The notes under the pieces were generated by a model. That model was not told the origin of the DNA. It did no database searches and saw only the letters and a list, made by a program, of their open reading frames with translations. A program made the position numbers and the translations under genes. Of a DNA stretch of 64,000 bases, positions 21,073 to 29,156 are shown piece after piece (position 1 is the stretch's first letter; each line of letters starts with the position of its first letter). Source of the DNA: Rhodospirillales bacterium (lineage in GTDB: Bacteria > Pseudomonadota > Alphaproteobacteria > CACIAM-22H2); assembly GCA_947445225.1 (NCBI GenBank), contig CANFCX010000001.1:24189-88188 (forward strand), in the 5' to 3' direction.

Positions 21073-22779
21073 TTAACGCGGCGCGCCCGTTTGGCCAACC
21101 CCCGGCGCGCCGCCGACGGCTTGCGGACGCATCGGACCCATGGCCGGCGTGTGGAAGACGTGGCAGGCCACGCAGGTCGACGGCACCAACGTAGTCACTT
21201 CTTCCCCGCCATGGCAGCGGCGGCAATTGGCGATCCCCGGGAGCAGGACCTCGGAACTGGCAACGGATTTCGGCGCGGCGTGGCAATCGACGCAATCGGT
21301 GTTTTTGTGTTTGCTGTGATCGAATTTGCCCTTGGGCATCCAGGTCGCCGCCACGAACACCGGCTTGACCCGGAAATTGGGTCTCTCGTCGAGCCGGGTC
21401 GTCCGTTCGACGAGGTGGCAACTCCCGCAGATGCTCTTGCCGTAGACGATCTCGATGGTCGCATCGGCGCGGCTGCGCGCCCAGGCCAGCGCTTCGGTGC
21501 GCGCCGCTTCCTCGATCGGCGTGCCGGCACGGCGACGCACGGCGGCCGGCGCCGTGGGATCCTCGAAACCGCCTTCGAGTGCGACGCGGCCGTAGAAATC
21601 GTTGAGGACCTTGGCGACTTCGTCGGGTTTGCCATGCGGCACTTCGCGGTCGAGCGCCTGGGCCTCGAACTTCAATTTGTGGCAATCGCGGCAATCGGTC
21701 TCCATGTCAACCGCACGCATGCCCACGCCGCCGGTCTCCGGGCGGTGGCAATCATTGCAGACCATTTTCTGCAAGCCGGTGGGGCCACGCACGCCGGCTG
21801 GCACCAAATGTTTGTCATGCGGGAAGATTAGGTTGGAATTTTCCTTCAGCGCCGGATCACCGATCGCCAACCGCGCCAGGGTCCGCGTTGCCGGGTCGGT
21901 CACCACCGACGGCCGAAATTCGGGGTGATCGCGGCCGAAATCGCTGACGTTGATCAGCTTGGTCGTGGGGATGATCGCGGTCAGCCGCACATGGCAATCG
22001 TCGCACAAGGCTTGCGCCGTCTGGATCGCCGGCTGCCGGCCTTGATGTTCCTTGTGGCAAGACGCGCAGCGAGTCTCTTCCAGTGCCGGCAGTTGCACCG
22101 TCTTCACATCGGCGTGGTGGGCGATGTCGCTGTGGCAGGTAAGGCAGGCCTGGTCCTGGACCATGATGAAGGGCCGCTCGTGGCAGGTCGTGCAATCACT
22201 CGCGAAATATTTGTGCACGCCGGAGATTTCGCCGGATTCCCATGACTTGTCCGCCGCGATCGGCATCGCCGTCATGCTTTTGTGAAGGTCGGGTATGAAA
22301 AAGGCAGCGACCGGAAGGACCAGGAAAAGCAGGAGCACGGTGGCGAACGCGGTCCACGACAATACGCGTTTGCTGAACGCGGCATCACCCAGGCGGGCAT
22401 GGCTGCGCTGCGTTAGTTCGGCGAGATCGTCTCCCAGCGGCTGCACCAATTCGACGGTAACCGCGACGCCATAGCCAGGCGGCGCTTCCACCACATCGAT
22501 CTTGTAGGGACCGACGGCGATCGAATCGCCGGGCCGGACACGACCTGAATTGGCGGCGGCGCCATTGATGGAAAGATCGTTGCTGCCAACCGCGGAGGCG
22601 TAGACCTGGCCCTCGCGCACATGTATTTCGGCGTGGTCGAGCGCGACCCGCGGATCAGGAAGATAGACTTCGTTCTTGGTGCCGCGGCCGATGCGGATGA
22701 ATTCCACGGTGGCGTCTTGGTCGCGCCGGGAGACGCCACGATTGCCGCGCCGAGTCAAATAGCCGACTTGGACAAGCAC
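21073..22779 (-). CDS. FHA domain - transmembrane helix - periplasmic decahaem c-type cytochrome fusion (568 aa)
   Basis: N-terminal FHA (IRIGRGTKNEVYLPDPRVALDHAEIHVREGQVYASAVGSNDLSINGAAANSGRVRPGDSIAVGPYKI), TM VLSWTAFATVLLLFLVLPVAAFFIP, then ten CxxCH motifs (CTTCH, CLTCH, CASCH, CDDCH, CNDCH, CRDCH, CGSCH, CVDCH, CRRCH, CVACH); GTG start with GGGAG SD. Confidence 0.85.
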   Translation of the reverse strand: MLVQVGYLTRRGNRGVSRRDQDATVEFIRIGRGTKNEVYLPDPRVALDHAEIHVREGQVYASAVGSNDLSINGAAANSGRVRPGDSIAVGPYKIDVVEAPPGYGVAVTVELVQPLGDDLAELTQRSHARLGDAAFSKRVLSWTAFATVLLLFLVLPVAAFFIPDLHKSMTAMPIAADKSWESGEISGVHKYFASDCTTCHERPFIMVQDQACLTCHSDIAHHADVKTVQLPALEETRCASCHKEHQGRQPAIQTAQALCDDCHVRLTAIIPTTKLINVSDFGRDHPEFRPSVVTDPATRTLARLAIGDPALKENSNLIFPHDKHLVPAGVRGPTGLQKMVCNDCHRPETGGVGMRAVDMETDCRDCHKLKFEAQALDREVPHGKPDEVAKVLNDFYGRVALEGGFEDPTAPAAVRRRAGTPIEEAARTEALAWARSRADATIEIVYGKSICGSCHLVERTTRLDERPNFRVKPVFVAATWMPKGKFDHSKHKNTDCVDCHAAPKSVASSEVLLPGIANCRRCHGGEEVTTLVPSTCVACHVFHTPAMGPMRPQAVGGAPGVGQTGAPR

Positions 22780-22803
22780 GGTATTACTCCCGCTCCGAAA
22801 TCG

Positions 22804-23661
22804 TTACCAGTAGAAGAAAACGGAGAAAACGTGGGTCGTCAGCGCCGCCAAAAGGCCGACCGACAACGGCACGTGGAACATCAGCCAAATTTCCAGGAAA
22901 GCCCGGTATTGCACGTCGCGCCGCGCGCGACCGACAAGGTCGCTCTTGCGGCTCAACAAGGTCAGCAATTTACGCACGGCGACGGCGTCTTCCACCGAGA
23001 CCTTGGTCGCGAGTTGTTTGATCCTGGCCAGCGCGCGCGAAGTCGGGCAATTGGGATCGCGGCCGGAAAGCTGACGCCACACCGACCCGCCGATCTGAGT
23101 ATTGCGTCCGGAATCGAGCACCGCCCGCGTGATCTCGTCGGGCAGTCCCATGGAAACTTCGCGGCTTTCGGTATCGAGCGCGGCGATGCGCGTGAAAATC
23201 TCGGTCAGTGTCAGCCCGCCGCGGTTCTGGGTCATCAAGGCGGGATACCGTTGATAGAAAAACACGCCGAACACGCCCGACAGGATGACCAGCATCATCA
23301 AGGTGTAGGCAAGCGTATGCACGTTCCAGCCGAACTGGAACCCGGTGTGCAGCGTGGCCACGACGATCAGCGCGAGGCCGAGATAGACATGCGCCGATAG
23401 CCAGCCCTGAAGTTTCGTCGGACCCTGGTTGTACCGCCGTTTACGTACGCCGAACCACATCAGCCACAGGATCAAGCCCGCGCCGATCGTGCCCAACACA
23501 TAACCGAGCCACGTGCCGCCATTGGGCGGGTCCAACGGGCTGTGGGCGCCGTAGACGATCGCAGCCGCCAGCGCGCCCAGGACGGCGACCTTCAAATACC
23601 GGAAGTTGCGGTAGACGAGATAGGATTGATGCATCGTCTTTTGGCTGTTGGCCGACCTCAA
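22804..23661 (-). CDS. Polytopic membrane protein with conserved intramembrane histidines (candidate b-type haem/quinol-interacting subunit)
   Basis: 285 aa, five predicted TM helices each with His (SAHVYLG, TLHTGF, NVHTLAY, MFHVPLS, TTHVFSV); TTG start overlapping upstream stop (TTGA). Confidence 0.55.
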   Translation of the reverse strand: MRSANSQKTMHQSYLVYRNFRYLKVAVLGALAAAIVYGAHSPLDPPNGGTWLGYVLGTIGAGLILWLMWFGVRKRRYNQGPTKLQGWLSAHVYLGLALIVVATLHTGFQFGWNVHTLAYTLMMLVILSGVFGVFFYQRYPALMTQNRGGLTLTEIFTRIAALDTESREVSMGLPDEITRAVLDSGRNTQIGGSVWRQLSGRDPNCPTSRALARIKQLATKVSVEDAVAVRKLLTLLSRKSDLVGRARRDVQYRAFLEIWLMFHVPLSVGLLAALTTHVFSVFFYW

Positions 23662-26057
23662 AGACCCCGGTTAGACAGCGAGAAGAATTCCTCGGGGCTG
23701 ACACGAATGGCGGCGCCGGTCGGACAGGCCCGCACGCAGGACGGGCCGCCTTCGATGCCTTTGCACATGTCGCATTTCACCGCCATCTTGCGTTTGTTCG
23801 GGTCTTTTTTCTTGCCGTGGGTGGCTTCCCAATCCTCGCCCGGCCCGTGGCCCAGCCCGAACAACATCCAGGCCAGCAAGCCCGGCTTGGCCGGCGGCTC
23901 CGCCGACATGTGAATGACGTGATAAGGACAATTGCGCTCGCAATTGCCGCAACCGATGCATTTTTCGTCGATGAACACTTCACCATTGGGCGAACGGTGG
24001 ATGGCGTCGGCCGGGCAATCGGACATGCAATGCGGGTGTTCGCAATGCCGGCACGAGGTTGGCACATGGATCGAGGCATAGGTCGGGCCGGCTTCGCGAT
24101 CCAGCCGCGACACCCCGTGATGGGTCTCGGCGCAGGCCTTTTCGCAATTGTCGCACCGCACGCACAGCGATTCGTCGATCAACAGAACGTCGGTCGCCTC
24201 GCCCAAACCTTGGTCGAGCAGGAACTGCATCAGATTCGAATGGTCGGGCCGGCCTTCCATGCGGGCGTTTTCGACGAGCCGTGCCTGGAACCGAGATTCG
24301 ACCTCGACGCGCAACTCGGGCGAGCGATCGAGCAGGCCGCGGAAGGCGCCGCCATCGAGTTTGATGGCCTCCGTCGCCACCGCCGCCCGCACCGTGGCGG
24401 TGCGCGGGCTCTTGGTCAGCAGCGCCATTTCGCCGACATAATGGCCGGCGGGGACATAGGACAAAACCACGTCGCGGCCGCCCAGGTTGCGCGCCACGGT
24501 CACCGACCCGCTGCGGATCAAATAGACGTTGTCGCCGATATCGCCTTCCTTGATCAGCACGTCGCCGGCGCTGAAGGACTGGATCGTGGCCGTGCGCACG
24601 ACATCGACCAGGTCGCGCTTGGAGACCTGCGGCGCTAGATGCGTCTGCACCTGGCGGATCATGGCGGTTTCGTCGAGCACACGTTTAGCCGCGGCGATCG
24701 AACGGGTCAGCTTGATAACCTGCCGGCGCGGGGTCTCGATCAACACGCAATCGGCGCCCGCCACCACCGTCGCCGTGCGCCGGCGGCCGGAGATCAAACC
24801 CATCTCGCCGAAGAATTCGCCGGTCTTCAGCGTCACCTTGATCGCTGGGTTTTCGGCGCTGACCTGGACATCGACCGACCCCGACAGGATCGAATAGAAG
24901 CTGTCGGAATAATCGTTGCGCTTGAAAACGATCTCGCCCTGTTTGGGCACATGGACGTCGCTGTCGAGCAGGAATTCGCGAAGCTGCAGCTTGGTCAACG
25001 AGGAGAACATCGGCACGCGCTGCTGCACGCCCTCCAGGAACTGCGAGACGGTCACCCCTTGCAGCCCCGTGAGTTTTGCCTCGAGCAGCGGCTCGTCCGC
25101 CGGCTTCACCTCATGCCCGAGGATATATTCGACCACCTCGTAGCCCTGGTTCATGCAGTGTTTGATCAGGGGATAACCGGCGAGCGCGCCGATGATGTAC
25201 AGCCCCTTCACGTTCGATTCGTAGCTGTCGCTGACCCCCGGAACCGAGGCCGGATCGGCGTTGGGGAACACGATGCCGCAGGCCTCGACGAATTTGCGCG
25301 GCGGCAGGGCGCCGATACGGGCGATGACCCGGTGGCACTTGACCACCGCCTCGCCCTCCGGCGTTTTCAGGAAAATGGCGCTGGGATCGGTCTCGACCTT
25401 AATGACCTTGGTATTGAAATAACACTGGATGCGGCCTTCCTTGATGGCCGATTCGATCAGCGCGACGTTGCCCGCCTTGGCGCGCGCGAAATCACCCATG
25501 ACGTTGACGACGATGACCTCGTTTTGGGCGGCCAGCGCGATGGCGTTTTCGAGCCCGGCATCACCGGCGCCGATCACAACGATGGTTTCGTCTTTGTATT
25601 CTTCCGGGTCGTCGAGTTGGTACTGGACGTTGGGGCCGGTTTCGCCGGGTACGCCGAGGGTGCGGATATTGCCCTGCAACCCAATGGCGAGCACGACGGC
25701 ATCGGCGGTGAGCGTTTGTTTGTTGGCGAGCGTGATCGTGAAGATCGCGCCTTCCTTCTTGATGCCCGCGACATCGGCGTTTTGGCGCAGGTTGAATTTC
25801 AACTCGCCGGCGCTTTTGTCCCAGGAACCGAGGATGGTTTCGCGGGCGCCTTCCTTGAATTGAAGATCGCTGCGCAGGGGCAGGACCTCCGGCGTCGCCA
25901 TGACGTGTTTTTTCTTCTGATACTTGTAGATCGTATCGGAAAGATGGGTGGTGCGTTCGAGCAGCACATAAGACGCGCCACGCTTGGCCGCGCGTCCCGC
26001 CGCGCTTAATCCGGCCGGGCCCGATCCGACAATCGCGATCGCATAGTGTTCGGCCAT
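23658..26057 (-). CDS. FAD/NAD(P)-binding oxidoreductase fused to two cNMP-binding domains and a C-terminal 4x[4Fe-4S] ferredoxin domain (799 aa)
   Basis: GSGPAG and GAGDAG dinucleotide folds; two CRP-type cNMP signatures (FGEMGLISGRRRTATVVA; VGEMALLTKSPRTATVRA); four Cys clusters CVRCDNCEKAC, CRHCEHPHCMSDCP, CIGCGNCERNCP, CDMCKG..CVRACP. Confidence 0.85.
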   Translation of the reverse strand: MAEHYAIAIVGSGPAGLSAAGRAAKRGASYVLLERTTHLSDTIYKYQKKKHVMATPEVLPLRSDLQFKEGARETILGSWDKSAGELKFNLRQNADVAGIKKEGAIFTITLANKQTLTADAVVLAIGLQGNIRTLGVPGETGPNVQYQLDDPEEYKDETIVVIGAGDAGLENAIALAAQNEVIVVNVMGDFARAKAGNVALIESAIKEGRIQCYFNTKVIKVETDPSAIFLKTPEGEAVVKCHRVIARIGALPPRKFVEACGIVFPNADPASVPGVSDSYESNVKGLYIIGALAGYPLIKHCMNQGYEVVEYILGHEVKPADEPLLEAKLTGLQGVTVSQFLEGVQQRVPMFSSLTKLQLREFLLDSDVHVPKQGEIVFKRNDYSDSFYSILSGSVDVQVSAENPAIKVTLKTGEFFGEMGLISGRRRTATVVAGADCVLIETPRRQVIKLTRSIAAAKRVLDETAMIRQVQTHLAPQVSKRDLVDVVRTATIQSFSAGDVLIKEGDIGDNVYLIRSGSVTVARNLGGRDVVLSYVPAGHYVGEMALLTKSPRTATVRAAVATEAIKLDGGAFRGLLDRSPELRVEVESRFQARLVENARMEGRPDHSNLMQFLLDQGLGEATDVLLIDESLCVRCDNCEKACAETHHGVSRLDREAGPTYASIHVPTSCRHCEHPHCMSDCPADAIHRSPNGEVFIDEKCIGCGNCERNCPYHVIHMSAEPPAKPGLLAWMLFGLGHGPGEDWEATHGKKKDPNKRKMAVKCDMCKGIEGGPSCVRACPTGAAIRVSPEEFFSLSNRGL

Positions 26058-26244
26058 GCCGGTCCGCCCCCTCGGACACGTCAGCGTTTGTCGAGACCCC
26101 CCCGAACCCGAATCGACGCTTTACGAAAGGCCCGCGCCGCCAGGATTTCATATACACGTTAGGGTTATAGACCGACGGTTGTCAATTTCGGAGTGTCCTT
26201 CTACAGTGCATTTCTGTCCGGTCGAACGCACCCGCAACAGGGGG

Positions 26245-27933
26245 AACCATCGGGTGACGAAGCGGCAAGCTTTGCATCGCCTATCGCTAAAATCCGCGGC
26301 CGGCGCCGTGGCGTTGGTTTGCCTTGCCGGATCGGCGGTGGGGCAGGTCGCCGGCAGTGGCTGGATCGTCGATCCGCGATCGGGTTGTGCAACCAGCAAT
26401 CCCTTTCCCAAGGACGGCGAGAGCATCGCTTGGTTTGGCGGCTGCCGCGACGGCAAACTCGACGGGCCCGGCCTGCTTATCTGGTACCGAAGCGGGTTTG
26501 AGGCCGAACGCGACGAGGGTTTTTTCCAAGGCGGGGAGCTGGACGGACCGGCGACGATCACCTTCGCCGACGGTAACTCCGTGCGCGGCGATTACCGCAT
26601 GGGTGAACGCCATGGCGAGTTCCTCGTCCATCAGCGCGACGGAACCGCCCTTTATCGCCTCTACGATCTCGGCCGGCTCGCCGCCGAACGCCCGGCCACC
26701 GGCGAAGATGCCGTGCGCCTCCAATCGCGTGCGACCGCCGCCGTCGCCCCAATCGCACCCACGCCCGTGCCGGCCGCCCCACCGCGCGCCCAAGCGGCGG
26801 CGCCTCCTGCCATGGCCGAACCGGAACCCAGGCCGATGGCGGCCGCGCCGATCGAGCCGCTGCGGCCGCAGCCCGCCCCGCCACCATTGGCCAGCCTGAC
26901 CCCACCGCCACCGCCGCCGCCGCTGCCCGCCCCCACCCGGCCTTCGACATCGGCGGCATTCGGCAGCGCGGCGCGCAGCGACGTCGAAATCGACCTGGGC
27001 GTGTTGGCGTCGCTGCGGGCGCCATCGGCGGCGTCCTCCAGTCGATCGACCGCGCCGGTGAAGCTGCGTCCGCCTCGGGCGGCCGCGCCAACGGCGGCGA
27101 CGCGACGCGCCCCGGTCCAGGCCGCGGTTCGGCCCGCCGTGTTCGTCGATGCCTCGGTGATCGACGGTCTGGGCGCGGTTCGCGCGGTCGCCGCCGCCAG
27201 GCCCGCCGCCACCCGCGCCAACTTCGTCCAGCAATCCGCCGCGCTGGTGCCGGATTGGTACTTGCCCGCGGGACAGACTTTCGCTGCGGCGGACTACACC
27301 CCAGCCGCCGCGCCGATCTCCGCGGTCACGCCTGAAATTCTTTTCGCCGAGGGCTACCGCCACGAGCGCGACGGGCGCATGAGCCAGGCCGAGGCGCTCT
27401 ACGATACCGTCTACCGCCTCTATGCCGAAACGCCGATGGCAGTCCTCGCCGGGGAACGCCTGGCCTGGGTGCGGCAGCAAACCACCGGTTTGCCCATGCC
27501 GCAGCAAACCATGCTGGCCGCCGCCGGAAGTGCCTCGATCGGGCAGTCCACGACCCCGATCGGGCGGTCAACCGCGCCGATCCCGCCGGCGACGACACCA
27601 ATGTCGCCCGCGACCGCGACTTTCGCGCCGCCGCAGCCGTCGGCGCCGCCGGTGCAGTCCGCGCAAATTCCGGTCGCCGCCGTGGTGCGTTCACGTGTGG
27701 GCGCCTATCTGTGCACCGTCGATGGGCTGTATTCCAACAGCTCGCGCTGGTGCGGCGTTGTCCGCCGTGAATATGACCGTTATTTCGAGGTCGAGGTCAG
27801 CAAGGTGACGATCAAGACGCCGCTGGCCGTGGGCTTTAACAGTTCGGCCTGTACCGGCAACAAGTTCATCGGCTATTTCTCTTTCGGCGAGCGCGTCTGG
27901 GTACCCCAGAATTGCATGGCGGAGACTCTTTAA
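26245..27933 (+). CDS. Secreted MORN-repeat protein with Pro/Ala-rich linker and Cys-containing C-terminal domain
   Basis: GTG start 26245 with GGGGGAA SD; signal peptide VTKRQALHRLSLKSAAGAVALVCLAGSAVGQ; MORN-like repeats WFGGCRDGKLDGPGLLIWY..GFFQGGELDGPATITFADGN..GDYRMGERHGEFL. Confidence 0.6.
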   Translation, partial: NHRVTKRQALHRLSLKSAAGAVALVCLAGSAVGQVAGSGWIVDPRSGCATSNPFPKDGESIAWFGGCRDGKLDGPGLLIWYRSGFEAERDEGFFQGGELDGPATITFADGNSVRGDYRMGERHGEFLVHQRDGTALYRLYDLGRLAAERPATGEDAVRLQSRATAAVAPIAPTPVPAAPPRAQAAAPPAMAEPEPRPMAAAPIEPLRPQPAPPPLASLTPPPPPPPLPAPTRPSTSAAFGSAARSDVEIDLGVLASLRAPSAASSSRSTAPVKLRPPRAAAPTAATRRAPVQAAVRPAVFVDASVIDGLGAVRAVAAARPAATRANFVQQSAALVPDWYLPAGQTFAAADYTPAAAPISAVTPEILFAEGYRHERDGRMSQAEALYDTVYRLYAETPMAVLAGERLAWVRQQTTGLPMPQQTMLAAAGSASIGQSTTPIGRSTAPIPPATTPMSPATATFAPPQPSAPPVQSAQIPVAAVVRSRVGAYLCTVDGLYSNSSRWCGVVRREYDRYFEVEVSKVTIKTPLAVGFNSSACTGNKFIGYFSFGERVWVPQNCMAETL

Positions 27934-29117
27934 TGGCTGATCGGTTCAAGACCCGTCTTTTGGTCACGAGTTTTCTGACCGGCGTCGCCGTTGCCGGGAT
28001 CCTGACCGGCGCACCCGATCGGGCCGAAGCGCAAACCGTGCTGTCGATCGGCTCCCTGGACGGATTGAATACCTTCCTCTCCGGCATGGACGCGGCCTTG
28101 CGCGCGGCGCGCGTGGCGGGCGATTCGGCGAGCGCGGCCGGCACCGGCGATCTGACCGTCTGGCACAATCCTAGCGAGGCCCGTAGCTGGTCGGACTCCG
28201 CCGCCGCCGCGGACGACCCGTGGACAAAGGCCAATCTGAAAGTCGTCGATCTGTTCACCCAAATGGGTGGGGAACGTATGGACCGCGCCCTTGTGTTCCG
28301 GCGCGGCGCGGACGGCTTCTCCGCCGCCATCGACGGCATGGGCGCGGCCTGGTTCGCCGCGGCCGAGGCCGCTCAGGTCGGGTTGCTCCGCCAATTGGTC
28401 AAGGACAGCGCCGCGGTGCCCACCGCGCTTAAGGACGCGGTCGCCGACGCCGATGCCGAGACCTTGGGTGATGTCGTCGCCGCGGTGGCGCAAGCCGCGC
28501 GCAGCGGCGTGATCTTCCTGACCCGCGGGGGCACGGCCACCGTCACCATTCGCGACCCCCAAATCAGCGTCGCCGGTGGCGCGCCCTTTGTGTTGTCGCC
28601 CAGCGGCATCGTTGTCGGCGACATCGCGGTTTCCGGCGCCACCCAATTGTCGGTGGCGCTGACCGCGCCCGGCGACATCGCCGACGGCCAGCACCTTCTC
28701 TATGTCTACAATCCCGGCCGCGCCTTGCTGGCGGCCGCCGAATTCCAGATTTCGATCGCCAACGGGGCGACCGTCGCCGCCCTGCCGGTTTCGGCGACGG
28801 CTCCAGCTTCGGGTGTCGCCCTTCTCCCCGCCAATGGCAGCATCGATGGCCGCGTCGCCTCGGGACAGGAAGCGGTCTACCGCTTCGACCTGCTCGCCCC
28901 CGCCGCCGTCGCCATCCATTCGACCGGCCCAACCGATGTTTTTGGCCGGCTCGAAAACGCCAATGGGACGGTGCTCGCCGAAAACGACGATGGCGGCAGT
29001 TGGTACAATTTCAGGCTGGCCCGTAACCTCGCCGCCGGCACCTATTACCTGCGGGTGCGCCATTGCTGCTCCGGCAATGGCAGCTTCACCCTGAACACGG
29101 CGACGGCGGCGCAGTAG
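27933..29117 (+). CDS. Secreted protein with C-terminal pre-peptidase (PPC)-like beta-sandwich domain
   Basis: TAATG overlap with upstream gene; signal peptide; C-terminal GQEAVYRFDL..GPTDVFGRLENANGTVLAENDDGGSWYNFRL..AGTYYLRVRH matches PPC-type domain. Confidence 0.55.
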   Translation: MADRFKTRLLVTSFLTGVAVAGILTGAPDRAEAQTVLSIGSLDGLNTFLSGMDAALRAARVAGDSASAAGTGDLTVWHNPSEARSWSDSAAAADDPWTKANLKVVDLFTQMGGERMDRALVFRRGADGFSAAIDGMGAAWFAAAEAAQVGLLRQLVKDSAAVPTALKDAVADADAETLGDVVAAVAQAARSGVIFLTRGGTATVTIRDPQISVAGGAPFVLSPSGIVVGDIAVSGATQLSVALTAPGDIADGQHLLYVYNPGRALLAAAEFQISIANGATVAALPVSATAPASGVALLPANGSIDGRVASGQEAVYRFDLLAPAAVAIHSTGPTDVFGRLENANGTVLAENDDGGSWYNFRLARNLAAGTYYLRVRHCCSGNGSFTLNTATAAQ

Positions 29118-29122
29118 CAGTA

Positions 29123-29156
29123 ATGGGGGCCGCAGGCCCCCACCCCCGATAATTGT
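29123..29156. repeat. ATGGGGGCCGCAGGCCCCCACCCCCGATA hairpin element (same family as 1331-1350, 12691-12720, 31741-31770)
   Basis: Read directly in the intergenic gap between convergent genes. Confidence 0.55.

Noticed and set aside
26058-26244. FNR/CRP-type box in the divergent promoter region of the cytochrome cluster
   Set aside because: Sequences such as TGTCAATTTCGGAG and GTGTCCTTCTACAGTG only loosely resemble TTGAT-N4-ATCAA or TGTGA-N6-TCACA; too weak to call
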